Positions 14,333 through 27,824 of a DNA stretch of 64,000 bases are shown here, one piece after another. Origin of the DNA: Obrimoposthia wandeli. Taxonomy: Eukaryota. The notes under the pieces were generated by a model, which saw only the letters and a program-made list of their open reading frames with translations, searched no databases and was not told the origin of the DNA. Position numbers and translations under genes: made by a program. Location: the NCBI GenBank assembly GCA_977020255.1, contig CDROCS010002459.1, forward strand, positions 1 to 64,000, in the 5' to 3' direction. Each line of letters starts with the position of its first letter. The stretch's first letter is position 1.

Positions 14333-15847
14333 TAATTATATATTTTATACAAAGCATTATATATAAGGTTAAAATTTTAATAAACGATTATTACAATAGT
14401 GTGACATCCATAAAATTTAACATAAATAGTTAGTCAAGTATTTTTAACTTATTTGTTTATGGAAGGCTATTGTGTGATCCACAGCTGTATATACATTTGT
14501 AATTCTATTTTCGTATGGTTTACCTTTGAAGCTTAGTAAATCTATATTTTATTTTAAAATTCAAACCCTGATATATGAATGTCAATTTTTAAAATAATTA
14601 TAATTAAAAAAGAATGATGTTAATAGATTTAGATACATGTTGGCAGTTGATCATACACTTTGAAACTATGTCTCAAAAAGGTGGTTTTCTTGAAGTTTTG
14701 ACGAACCAACAATCATCAGTATGTGGTGATCATCACTGATCCTAATATGTGTTGAGATATTTATTTGTTCAACCTGAAGCATTTTGTTTAAAAAGAACAG
14801 TTGTATATATTAAATTGTATACTAACGAAAACACGCCATTGGTCCCTGCGGTTGTGTAACACAAGTAAAAATATAATAAGGTCAAATAAACCTCAATTAG
14901 TTACATATACGATACACTCAAAATCTGTCAGTGTGGTTTAGATAATTAATCATCTCGTAAGACAACAAAATTTGGGTATATGTAATTATATTAAAATTTT
15001 GAATACATTTTTAGTTTAACACAAAACAGTAGTAATTTATTTATTATAGCACCACGATCTAAAAACTCTATGATTTTCCATTGTTCTTCGTTATATTTTC
15101 TGAATAATAAATTTTTCAGCTGCTTCTTGAATTTTTCAACATTATTACAGTTTATTAAATTAATCAGTAAATTGTTGTAAAGATTTGGAGCATAAATTTC
15201 GAATATTTCATCACTCTGTTTGTTATTTGAGAATTAAAAAAAAATAATCTGTGGTCAATATCATTACTCTTTACATGCATAAACACCTTCACTAGACCAT
15301 TATATACGGTTATAAAATAGATTGGTGCTCAGAAAAATGTCTGAATTACATTAGAAAATATTCAACTATTTATTTTTATTAAGTCAAGTTTCAATGGAGG
15401 AAATGAAAAAAGTATCGTTCAAACAACAGAATTAACAACAATTGCCCTTATTTTACGAAAAACTGGAATATAACTGCATAATTATCAACCAATAATAATG
15501 TAGTGTACGGCACTCACGAGTATTTCTGGGGTGTTGCAGAGATTGAAGTTATATAAATAATTTTAATGGAAATTTAATATACAGAACAGTAATTCAACAA
15601 TAGGTTCAATCTTATTTAATTAATTTCAGTAATTAATTAACATAATTTTGTGTTCCTCTAAATGAAACGAATATAATTAAACATGATTTAGTTAAAATAT
15701 TTGAGTAAACAATTTTTTAATTATATCAAAGTCGTAACTTAGATACCTTTACAAACTGGTATACAACATTCAGACATTAATATGAAATAATGCGAATATA
15801 TACACTTATAAAACTTCATCAGATGAATTTCAGAAAAAAACACTTAC

Positions 15848-16049
15848 CAGTTAACAAGACTCGATCTTCCGGTTTTCCTGAGACAATATTTACAACCGAA
15901 TCGAACAGATAGGCACGACCTTGGCTACCTTGAAATGATTTAGAGATCAGATTTTCATGTTTCGCCAAATGTGCTCGACAATGAGCACAACTGTAAACCG
16001 GGTTGGTGCTTGACTTATCACCCAAATAAACTTTAAAGGTTTTGACCAT
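15848..16049 (-). CDS. YPEL: Yippee-like protein, first coding exon
   Basis: [11 protein letters not shown]...[21 protein letters not shown]...DRVLLTG followed by donor GTAAGT at 15847; downstream exon not found. Confidence 0.9.
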
Positions 16050-16897
16050 TGGAATTTAAATCGTAAGATTTAAATTGAACAACTAAGCTATTAATAGAAA
16101 TTTACAAAAAACATATGGCCTCATTTTCAAGTCAGCTGACGGTATAAAATTAAAATGTTGTAAGCAAATTTATACAACTCGCGTATGTGCAATATTTGAA
16201 AATATAAAACGTTTCATGTGAATTGTAATAATATTTATTAAAAATTACAAGTTTATTAAAAAATAAATTTCGTATAAGGACTCTTTTTCTACTTAATGGT
16301 GATCAATTTAATTTAAAATAAATTAAAAGAAATGTTAGAAATTCATAAATGTAATTATTTAAATTAGATAAATTGTGATTGTTGCAAAGTTTAATTTCCA
16401 AAACATTATACATATTAGATTAAATAATTATTTCAAAAAGATTTGTTCACATTTTACATTTAGTTAAGCCATTTTTTACAAGTTTAAGGTTTTAAGACAG
16501 TCATATAAAATTAAATTGAAAGTTCTTGCAGTTGGTACAAAAAAATGGGATAAAAAATATTCAAGTAAATATGTACATTGAGACAATGATTATGTATATA
16601 ATAAATATAATATATAATATAAAGTTATAATCATGATCATTCAAAATATCAATGATAGTTAAAATATCAAATAATAAATAAAATATGACAATAATATAGA
16701 AGCAAAAAAGCTTAAATATGTTCCAAATGGTTCTATTCAAAGAGTGATTCAAAAACACTGTTTAAATAAAATGGCTTTGATGGTAAATAAAATTGTAATG
16801 AGAATTAGGAATAATCAATTGAATGTACTGAATTTCAATTTTTAATTTTTATAACATCTAATTTAACAATTTCACTTATACAAACGAAAACATTTAT

Positions 16898-16928
<31 letters not shown>
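16898..16928. repeat. (AT)n microsatellite
   Basis: Direct reading. Confidence 0.9.
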
Positions 16929-19900
16929 GTGTGTATTCACATAACATAATCAGTATTCTGCTAAAATGGGTTCTTAAATATACATATGAACATTGTATAC
17001 ATATGTGCAAATTCTTGAATTCCAAATTCATTTATAAAATAGAATAACAAACTTATGGTTTTTTAAAGTTGTTAATAACTTAAATTTTATTAAATTTTAA
17101 AATATTTATTATTAAAACAATTATACTTATAATTTGTTATTTCACTTTTTTGAATGTGAGCTCCCTCTCCAACTTTATTTAAATTCAATAGGTTATTTCA
17201 TGACTTATGTTTTAGTCACCATCTTATTAAAAAGTGATCGAAAACGCGAAAGTTGATCAAATAAGGAAAAAGACTGTTTGTTAAATCAGACGTTCAAAAC
17301 TACATTTTATTGTCTTTCTACAAACACGTAACTAATGGATATCTTCAAACAAAAGATATATTTTTAAAGGAGAATATTCCGTAAGCATAATTTTCCATGT
17401 GTAAGAGTGAGACTGGATTGATGTAAGTGATATTTGAACTTTTTTATGTCTGTCTGAATGAGCCGTTTAAGAATGACATAAGACGAAATGGGGTATACAT
17501 GAGTCTTGGAAACATTGGTACACATTGGTTCACATTCTAACCAATTCGTGAAGGATCAGAAATGCAATGGACTGAAAAGAGGTTTTATCTGAGCTAAGAT
17601 TATGATAGAAAAAAAAGCGATGATGCAACGATAAAAACCGCGATCTTTATGATGATGATATGAGAGGAAAACAATGTAATTTATAATTTTAATGATGCCG
17701 ACGAATAAATACTAGGTAAAATATAATGTATTTTAAATAAAATGTAGTTATAGTCAACGTATCAATGCTATGTAAAAAGTCGAGCATTTCATACTTTGAG
17801 AGACTTAAACGCAGAGATATTTCTCTACATCACGTCTACTTAAAGAAATACATTAATATTTCTTAAATATACTTATATTAAGATTTGAGATAGAAACATA
17901 TATCTAAAAAAATCAAGAATTACGGATTTCCTGACGTTTCTAATAAATTTGATTGTATTTAAATACCTTTAAATTTATATTAATTTTTTAGAAATTGTTA
18001 TTTAATAATGGTAATTCTGAAGAAAAAAGATTTAAAACTTATGGTAGTTTATTAATTTTTTTTTTGAAATTTCAATTGACCAAGATCGATTAATAAATAT
18101 TTCTTTAGAATTTCAGATTAAAAAATATGTTCATTAGAATACAATACTATTAAACTTAAAAAAGTTTTAATTTTATTTTTTAAATAATACAAACATTTCA
18201 AATGTATTATAAAATGTATTATAAAATTTAAATAACAAAATGGAACACGAAATGTTAAAAATCAAAATAATTGCACCTCTGCATTACAAAATTTTATCAA
18301 TTAAATTGCTGAAACTGTAAAAGAACAACCATTATTAAATTTTTTAAATAAAAATAAATTCCATTTTGTTTACAAAATACTTAGCGAAACTTACGGAATT
18401 CATTACATTTCAAACTTATTATTTTCATGTAATTTCAAAAGGATTTAAGACGTATATTAAAATTATGAAACAATCAGAATTTGCATTATTTATTTTTAAA
18501 TAATTTTATAATTGGTTTTAATTTAGGAATTATTTAACTTAAAGAATTAAAATTATTATTATGGAAAAAAGTATATATTTATTTTATAGAAACCATTAAA
18601 ATAATAAACTTTAATAATATGTCACTGAAAAATATTTATATTTTATATGAAATCAATATTTTATATTTAAAAAAATTTATTTTGCGACAAATCGTCGATT
18701 TAAAAAATCAAATATACTTCACTTATTAATATTTTAGGTTGATATAAATTCATATTTTTACATATGATTATATAAATTTGATTTTTCATTTAAATATTAT
18801 CTCTAAAAAGTCAGTCCAAGAAATCTAAATAGTTTATATTAATCAATATTTAAGAAATCATTTTATATAATAAAACAATGATCGCATATATTTTATGTAA
18901 AACAGGTAGTTGAAGATGATTTAAGGTAAATTTATGTGATTTATTTTAATATTTTTTTAAAAAGTTTACAAAAGTACTTTTTATATAAAATTAAATTTAC
19001 ACCTTTTTAATATATTTCAATAAAAAGTATTTAGAAATATAAATTAACTTTAAAAATATGATTTACACAATTTTATTTTATAAATTTCTTTTCAAAACAT
19101 AATTTTAAAAGTAGTATAAAATGTGTGTAATTGGGAGTTCTATAATTGGAATACTGGTCTTTTCTTTTCACAATTCAATTGCTTAATTTCTTTTGCCATG
19201 AAATAATAAGAAACGTTTTACTATATGTCTTCACTGTCGAAAAACTTTGTGTTAGGTCTTGTCTTTGGAATTATTATTGGAATTCTTTATTTAATTTGCT
19301 GCATTTTTTCCTTGAAAAAAGCCATAAGGTAATTTAAATTTTTTAAATACATTTTTCTAAATTATATTTTTTATATTTTGAGGATTTAAAAAATATATAT
19401 AAATAGTCGATATGCAAATAAAAATATAATTAGTCGATATATTTTTTCATAATATCATTTTTGTTTTATTGAATAATTGTTTAATGTAAATCGATGTATT
19501 AAATGTTTATCAAGTTATTTGTAAAAGTGTTTATCATTTTGAAATGTATTCATTTTATTATTTATTTAAATAGCACCCGAATTATGAACCAATTTTTAAC
19601 TATTTTCACATCATTGAATTATCTATTAAAGTTGTATTACTCAACTGTGATAGACCTAACTGATATTCAAACTCGAAATCTTTTACTTACAAATGGTTGC
19701 TCCCTGTAAAGATTTTTTAAGGGGTCTTAAATGTTACTAGGTTTACAATTTAAGTAGTATTTATCAGCGAATCAATTTATCATCACAATTTTAATCGACC
19801 ATAATTATATTATGTTTTACTATTTAAATAATTGTACATTGAAAAAAAAGTTTCCCAATTACAAGACGTCAGCGGGTTATTTTAGCTTCTTTCCTATTCT

Positions 19901-20629
19901 ATTAGAGCAAGGTAATTTAATGTACTCATAAAGTACAGTTTTTAAAATAAAACATATAAATATTTAAGTAATACTATAATTTAGGGACGTAAATGTATAA
20001 TGAATATATCAGATAAAATTACAAAATGCAAATCTTTATCAGTTTAAGCAAATACTTAAGACAAAAATATTGGTTAAAAGCAGTTTCATATATTTAATTT
20101 CACAAAACAATTTTTGTTGAATTAATAGTAAAATAAATTTTGTAGTGAAAGTTAAAACTCATTTAAAATATACTGTCGGGGTTAGAATTTTGTATTTCTT
20201 ACGAAAGCCCAAATCTCGTGAGTTCTGAAAGGCATTCTCTGATTTTGCTCAAATCCAAAGGTTAATCAATTAAAAACAAAACAGATTGTATAAATCAATT
20301 ATTATAACTCAACCTAGGGAAAATTGTAAAACGATTTATTAATATAATGAACGTATAAAGTTCCTAAATGACTAAAGGAATACTATCATAAATGTAGTCT
20401 TAACTATGTACCTACTCCTAAACGACTTCTGGTCACCGTTACGAGTAATAGAGGTAGGGATATTTATTAATTCAATAAATATTGGACCGTTTTAATGAAT
20501 TCAAACAGTTTATCGTAGAGATCAAAAATAGAGATAGATTTTGTTCGGTTCAATTGTAAGTTAGTAGGTAGAAGGATGGAGTCTAAATCACTTGATATCC
20601 CCTTTATGCGCACACAATGTTTAAGGGTG

Positions 20630-21025
20630 TCACACCATAAGGATGCCACACCATAATGGTATATGTAGCCTCACCATAATGGTGTCTTGCCACACCATAA
20701 GGGTCTGGCTCAGAAAGATTATGATAGGGAGAGGGGGTCAAGTGATCTAGTATCCATCCTTCTTATGGTTGACCAACATATCGAAGGGTTTTGGTCGTCC
20801 ATAGATGAAAGGGTCAGGCATAGTTTTGACTTGAAGGTTTTAAGGTATGGTCATGACCGTCTATGGTTGGCCATCACATCTAAAGGGTTGTGGTCGTCCA
20901 TAAATCAAAGGGTCGGGCTAAAGACAAAAGCAAATTTAAAATATCAAGGTTTTAGTACATGGTTGGAATCATCTTTAGAAGACGAATTCATCCATAAAGG
21001 TATGGTCGTCCATAGATGAAGGGTT
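20630..21025. repeat. Dispersed short repeats (caccataa x4; ggtcgtccata.at.aa(a)ggg x3), probably a degenerate minus-strand repeat-coding gene
   Basis: Minus frames give repeated PDP.IYGRP and (P/H)YGV motifs with stops. Confidence 0.5.
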
Positions 21026-21391
21026 AAAAAAAGTTGGAATTTCATAGTTTTAAGTACATCGTTGTATTATTCTACATATTACGAGTTTAATCATTTAAAG
21101 ACTTTATGTTCGTTCACAAGGTAAGGGTCAGATTTTGCATAAGTTAAGGAATTTTTTTAGTAATTAATCAATTATTCTATGTGAAAGTTAAAGTTCACTC
21201 TTATCAGTTAAGGAATGTATTACGTAACAACACACACACTATTCTATGGGAAAATTTAGATCAAAGTTTTTCCCAGGCTTATGCATTTAAAGAATTATGA
21301 TAAATTTTTTTAAAATAACTTAGATGATATATAAAAAATCAAAATAAAATAAGAAAGAAGCCAGAGAATAATACAAAATTAAACACATTTA

Positions 21392-21535
21392 TTATGTAAT
21401 TTCATAATGTCCATAAGCGCGGCTTCTATTTTTCTCGATCCAATAGCGTTTGTCATCTGATGAGCTGAGAGCAGTCTTTTGTATTATGATTGTGTATAGT
21501 TGATGATTTATTGTTCCAAACGTCTTTTGTGGTAT
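21392..21535 (-). pseudogene. Relic C-terminus of a Polinton pPolB
   Basis: INHQLYTIIIQKTALSSSDDKRYWIEKNRSRAYGHYEI. Confidence 0.8.
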
Positions 21536-22190
21536 TTGAATGTATTTGAATGATAGTTTGAATAAATGAAAGTTAGAATGAATGTATATGAATGCAAGTA
21601 TTAATGCAAGTGAATGCAAATACAAGTAAGAGTCTTAGCAAGTGAATGTAATTTGAAAAATAAGAGTGTCGAGAGTTTGATTGAATGCGAGTGTAATTTA
21701 GACTATAAGTAAATTAAAATAGAGTTTTCGTATGAATAAAAGTTATATTAAGTGCCAGTTAGATTAATAACAAATAAGCAACTATAAGAAGCAGTGATAC
21801 TGAATTATGTTAAAAATTAGGACTAAGTTACAGCGAAATTAATAGAAAACAACACTAAGTTTAACGGTATGAATAAAAATAAGTAAAATATTAATGTATT
21901 TGAATGTATTTGAATGATAGTTTGAATAAATGAGAGTTAGATTGAATGTAAATGAATGCAAGTATGAATGAATGCAGCTACAAGTACAAGTAAGAAAGAA
22001 TACGATTGCAAATACAAATTTCAAGTACAAGTATGAATGAAAATTAGTAAATATATTAATGAATTTGAATGCTAGTTTGAATAAATGAGAGTTAGAATGA
22101 AAGTAAATGAATGCAAGTTTGAATGTAAGTGAATGCAAGTATGAATACATGGGAATGCAAATACAAGTAAAAGTCTTTGCAAGTTAATCT
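21535..22190. repeat. Three imperfect ~110-130 bp units rich in gaatgcaagt
   Basis: tagtttgaataaatga(a/g)agttag... recurs in units beginning near 21535, 21900 and 22065. Confidence 0.75.
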
Positions 22191-22973
22191 AAAACTGCAA
22201 GTGAGTACTAGCTAATTATTAAATTAATACTATCAATCAATGAAGAAGATGTAACAATCTGATGAAAATTATAATAATTAAGATGTGAACTTTCATATTT
22301 TACCTCCATGTTAAAGTTAACCTTTCATACACACTCACGCAATTAAATAATTAAAATGTCTTATCTCGTTTGATAACATTCCTTAATTGAGATATTTTAA
22401 TATAATTAGATAAATTTGAATTCTTTATTTTTAAATAACTTGATTATAAAAAAAACATTCATAAATTTAATTGAAATTATAATTATTCGTTTCTCTTTTT
22501 AACTATTCGAAAATATATTTATATATACAAATTTAATAAATTAACTCATCAAACAATTTTATTCTCTATGTATTAAATATTGTAAAATTAATTTCAAAGA
22601 CATGAAAATAATAGTAAACAAACTGAAAGCTTTGTCGATAAATTATAGTACCAAATCTTTAATCACATTGTTTAATATGCAAATAAAACAAATTATTCAA
22701 ACATATTAGATTAACATCTTAATACCTCTATATTTTCAAACTTTCTAAATAATTTTTAAAATTTATTTTCTAAAAAAGTAAGATTAAGAGTCTTAAGTGA
22801 ATAAGAGTTAATAAGAGTTAGATAGTATGATTTAAAATGCTGTTAAGTGATAGCAAGACTAAGTAAAAACAAGTTAACATAATAGAATATATATGTAAAT
22901 GCATTAGTGTTAGAAAGCATGACTGAAAGTATAACTGAGGATGTTAATTAGTATAATAATAATCTTCACAACA

Positions 22974-22981
<8 letters not shown>

Positions 22982-23014
<33 letters not shown>
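22982..23014. repeat. (AT)n microsatellite
   Basis: Direct reading. Confidence 0.95.
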
Positions 23015-23017
<3 letters not shown>

Positions 23018-23899
23018 GACTTGATATTTTTGTCATTTTCTTATTAATATAATATGAATATTCAATTTATTTCTTCAAAAATTCATTTTTATATGTTAAA
23101 TAATATTTTTTTATCACATTATTGTTTTTTTTATTAAGTGCTTTTATTTTAAATATAAAGTTAAAGCTGTATTGGACCCACAGCATATAATATAAATTTC
23201 AAGTATAAAGTACTATTAAATGTATTCTTTCAAATAGTAAAAGTTCTTTCGAGTTACTTAATTTTGTTTACTAAACATTCGAAAATTAACTTGTAAACAT
23301 AATATATTTTTGCATATATTCAGTTTAATATGTTGTAAGTTATTACTATAATATTCCATTACATAAAAAAGTAATTGATAGTTTACTATCGTTTACAATA
23401 CATTGAAAATATATACATAGTTGTAAGCAAATCAGTATTAATTGATTTTAACTAGATTAACCTTGTTTAATCTCGAGTATATTATATTATTTGACTTAAA
23501 TATACAAATTTCAGTTATGAGTTGTTCAACTATGAATATTTTTAACTTATTTCATGAATTTACAACATAATACAGCTGAATAACTAAAATACGAACTTTC
23601 GATATTGTGTGCAATTTTAATTTGCAAATTTTTTCTTAATATAATTCTTATAAAAATATTCTTTAATACAAACATTTTTAATATGTAATGCGTACTAAAT
23701 GAACAAAATAATTAACAAATTTTTGTGTAATTTACAATTTGTATCGCGTACTTTGTTTTAATATTGAGTTTTTTATTTTTACAATATTTCATTATAAAGG
23801 ATATTGAATGTAGTAAAACTCAAATACAATTTCTTAGTGACCTCTCATAACGCAAATCAACGGCCTCTACGTTTTTTTAAAAGAAAGTCATACAAATAT

Positions 23900-24480
23900 A
23901 CTCAGGTCCAACAAAGGGTAAAGATTTAACATGAACTAAACTGTCAAAATATGTTAAAAAATAAAAATATTTTTGAAATTGTTTTTGCTGCTAGAGCTCA
24001 TAATTTATTCATATCCGGATCTATAATGGAAAATGTGAATGTATTGTGTGCAAAATTAAAAAATGTCTACAGTATCAATGGATATATCTAAAAGGTTAAA
24101 TGAAATTCATGATCATATTTTGTGCGAGAAGATTAGTGACGTTAACGTAGATCAGGTTTCTAGGCGGAAAGATAACTTATTAAAAATACATTTCAAGATT
24201 TTAAATTAGATAATCTTTTAAATGCTAATGATGCTACATTATATTATAAAACACTACCTTCCCAAATTCAAAATTTTCACAATGAAAAGCGAAAGAAGTT
24301 GTCATGGTACAAAAAAAAAGTAAAAATGAATAACATTATAACTGATGAAAAGCTTCCATTAGTAATTATTGGTAAATCAAAACAACTAAAATCATCCTAC
24401 AAATAATTACACAAAGTTCCAGTTGAATATTCAAATAGCAGAAAAGAATGGATGGTATTGATTATTTTATTACATTAACT
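23900..24480 (+). pseudogene. Degenerate pogo/Tigger transposase
   Basis: ARAHNLFISGSI, NANDATLYYKTLP, EKLPLVIIGKSK, PVEYSNSRKEWM. Confidence 0.75.
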
Positions 24481-25196
24481 TTTATTTTTAACATCAAAAA
24501 TTAGTTCAATGAAATCTCAAATAATTTAAACTTTGTAGAAGTATACAAAGGTTATATGCAGTGTCGCCAATTTCAGCTTTAAGAAACAGCTTCGAGATCT
24601 AAAATACTTATTACATTGGATCAAGCAGAAAACAAAGCTGTTTGAAAGTCGCTTGAAGCTGAGAAAACAGACAAATGACATCATTAATTTACACATATGT
24701 TTTCTCCCTTTTGTTTTATTAATTTTGGGTTGAATCTTACATTGCGAACTTCTTATAATGCATACCAAAATTTGTGTTTTTCAGAGTACGTATTTTTGAT
24801 GTTCGACTGTACATGTATGAAATTACTTAAAATATACAATTAGTAGAGAAACGTGTGAATATGAATGCATAATTTTATTTGTTATTTAGGCAATAACTTT
24901 CCGATCTGTAAATCTTTCTTTGTAAGATATTTCTGAAATATTTGTATAAAACCCAACAAAAATTTTCTGAAAATCACTTCTCTCACTTTATACATTACTT
25001 AAATCATTTAAATTTTTGGAAATAAAAGCTAAATAAAATGAAAAAACTGCAGTTTCAATTACATTCCCCATCGAGTTTATCTTTACAAATTTCTTTATCA
25101 AGTCCACTATTTATGTAGAAGTAAAATTATATTTCTTTTCAATTTGATCAACTTAATAAACTTTGAGGCAATTAAGATGAAAACAGGATGAGATCA

Positions 25197-25703
25197 AGTA
25201 GGTGGATGTGTCCGGTCTAATCCACACTCCCCTTGTCCTTTAAAACCGTGCATGTGTGTGGAGTGAAATTTGTAGGTGTGTGGAGTGAAATTTCACCCAC
25301 ACACATGCACAGTTTTAAAGGACAAGAGGAGGGCTACCCCCCTAAACATTTTTCGGGCCTATCGGCGCGAAGAGCTCGGGACCGACATTGGTCACAGACT
25401 AGTCCTGCGATGTACGGATATCTCGCTCTCATATCGGTCACAGACTAGCCCTGCGATGTACAGATATCTCGCTCTCATATAGGTCACAGACTAGCTTGGC
25501 GATGTACGGATGTCTCGCTCTCACACCACACCACACCACACCACACCGCACCACACCACACCACACCACACCACACCACACCACACCACACCACACCACA
25601 CCGCACCAGCACACCACACCACACCAAAACCACCGAAACACTCCACCCTCCGCCAGCCCCTTAGGGGCGGGCTTCATTCTTGATCTACAGGTACGAAAAA
25701 CAC
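25197..25703 (+). repeat. Left TIR: palindrome 25232-25326, three 46-bp tandem units 25390-25523, (CACAC)n 25523-25625, GC hairpin 25656-25668
   Basis: Reverse complement of 46180-46741; unit starts at 25390, 25436 and 25482. Confidence 0.92.
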
Positions 25704-25772
25704 CGGTCAGATCTATATAATTTAAAGGAGCAAAAACAAAATACGAGACAAAATTATTTTTCAAAATATTTA

Positions 25773-26178
25773 TTAAACATAAAACAACATATTGGCTTCA
25801 CTCAAAGTCCAGAGAGGCTGCATTTTCCCGTCTTCAGCAAAATATCCATTCAGACGTATTGAGATATTCCATAGTTCTTCATCTAGAATTGGTTAAATCA
25901 AATATCCTAGATCATCTTTAAAAATCCAGACTGGGATCAGTTTCAAGCTCGAAACAATTTCCTTCACACACATAATCAGGAATGTAAAATCCCAAAATAT
26001 TTTTCAGTTGATCAAAATCAGTTGTTGTTAAAATTTCGATGAGATATTTATTCTGCACTTTTGATATTTTCACAGGCTTCATAACTCGTATAATTTGATG
26101 CTTCTTTAATATATTACACAGTTTTCCTCTTTGAAATTCTTTCTGGATAATAAAATTTGCTACACATCTCTTATCCAT
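25773..26178 (-). pseudogene. Orphan family paralog A (~134 aa; one frameshift, one stop)
   Basis: MDKRC...KKHQII..MKPVKI...DFDQLK...NCFEL...FKDDLG...WNISIRLNGYF...PLWTLSEA; AATAAA overlaps the stop codon. Confidence 0.7.
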
Positions 26179-26312
26179 TCTAAAAATAAGGAAACTGATT
26201 AAAAACAATGTTTATAAAAAATATACATAAGATACAATAAGATACAAATAAAACTGATTATTAAATGAAAAGAAACATAGTAAAACCGATTACAATTTAT
26301 TACACACAAAAG

Positions 26313-26788
26313 TTAAAACATAGAAATATGAGCACGTTCAATTTTCCACATAGGCAACTTTGTTCCTATTTCATCATTCTTGTAACCATAAAGTCGAATT
26401 GTTACAGTCCATTGCTTCTTTTTCGGAAACGTATCAATATCAACATATCTTCCATAGTCATCTAGAAACGCTTCATCGGCTCCTCGGATATAAAATTCGT
26501 TCTTATTGAAAGTAAAATTTGGAACTGCCTTTTCTATTTTCTGTTTAAGATATTGAAAATCAGGTTTTGAATACCTGATAGATAGTAGCTGAACATTTTT
26601 CTTTCAATTGTCACAGGATTTACTAAAGCAATCAGCTGAGCCTTCTTCAAGAATCTGACTTTGTATTTGAAATATTGTTTCACTTCTTCATACATATCCT
26701 TATCCGATTCTTCAAACATTTCTTCGTCATCGCTTAATACCCGTTGGCTATCGTCCATCGTTGATAATTGTCTTTGATATGAATGCAT
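26313..26788 (-). pseudogene. Orphan family paralog B (~158 aa; one frameshift)
   Basis: YFKYKVRFLKKAQLI..NPVTIE...DFQYLK...NEFYIRG...WTVTIRLYGYK...PMWKIERA; the frameshift is restored by the homolog at 60321. Confidence 0.8.
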
Positions 26789-26818
26789 TTACTGTGATTT
26801 GTCCTCCAATGGCGCATT

Positions 26819-26859
26819 CTTTTATACTAATTTCTAACAAAAAACATGAATCTCATTGG
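26819..26859 (-). promoter_or_regulatory. CCAAT + TATAAAAG promoter of paralog B
   Basis: TATAAAAG at 26826-26819, CCAAT at 26859-26855, ATG at 26788. Confidence 0.6.
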
Positions 26860-27824
26860 TTAATATAACAAAAGTATTGAATTTGATTGGACTAAATATA
26901 TCATCCAATTATAATAGGTTTGCAAGATAATTACAAGAAACGTGCAATAAAAAAGCAGGTTCAGACATACATAAAGAAGATTTTACAGAATACAATTTTA
27001 GTCTAATGAAACTCGTAAATATAAATTATAAAGGTAGAACTGAAGATGATGTTTCGTACTTACCATTCAATGAATGGAAGCCGAGACAATATGTAGAAAA
27101 AGTTTGACAATTTCACAGTTGTTATTTTTCCTACAAGTTAGTTTTTTTTATTTTATTTTCATATTGAATTCTTTAGGAAATTGTCGTGTTATGGGATGCA
27201 AAATAACAATGCTTGGGTTCAATTTACCATTTGGAATTCAAATCACTGCAATACAATCAATCACGATTTCGGCTAATCTCGGGAAACAGATAAATCTTTT
27301 AAAACTGCAGAGAAAATGAAAGAAAATGCATGTTTGAACCAGAAATTTTTCCTGCCTCAGTTATTTGAAGTTTAAACCGCTATGTGTAAATATATTTTCC
27401 AGTGGTAAAGATATGATATTGGGATTGAAAAATTTGATTATCCAGACATTGTTGATTTGATTTTAGAAAATATATCTTATTACATCTTTGTTATCTTTTC
27501 TATAAACAAACCTGTTTAAACTTATTGTTTTGAATGAATGATACTATAAATAGAGACAATGAAGTGGATCGGCTTGCTTGATGAAATATTTTCTGAAAAA
27601 TTAGGTAAAGAAATTTTATCAGAATTAAAAATAATGATATAACAAGAGATAACATTGAAATATTGGTTAGATCACACGTTATTCGGAGAATTTAGAAATC
27701 GTACACAAATAAATAAAATTATAGCCAAATATTCATTAATTAATTTTTGTATTTCTTCTACAATAGCTCTAACATTGTACATTTCTAATTAGGAAACTTC
27801 TATGATAATATAAACAATATTAAA

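Noticed and set aside
16100-20400. Short I/F/L-rich ORFs in very AT-rich DNA (also 22200-23800 and 61700-64000)
   Set aside because: The composition is expected from random AT-rich sequence and no motifs are present.
25170-25196. Apparent extension of the TIR into the flanks
   Set aside because: Short AT-rich matches only; the AGTAG terminus plus near-perfect 6-bp TSD defines the ends better.
25390-25523. 46-bp repeats as a CRISPR array
   Set aside because: The units are contiguous with no unique spacers, the context is eukaryotic, and there are no cas genes.
25438-25764. ORFs with CGVVW/TTPHH repeats
   Set aside because: Translations of the (CACAC)n microsatellite within the TIR.
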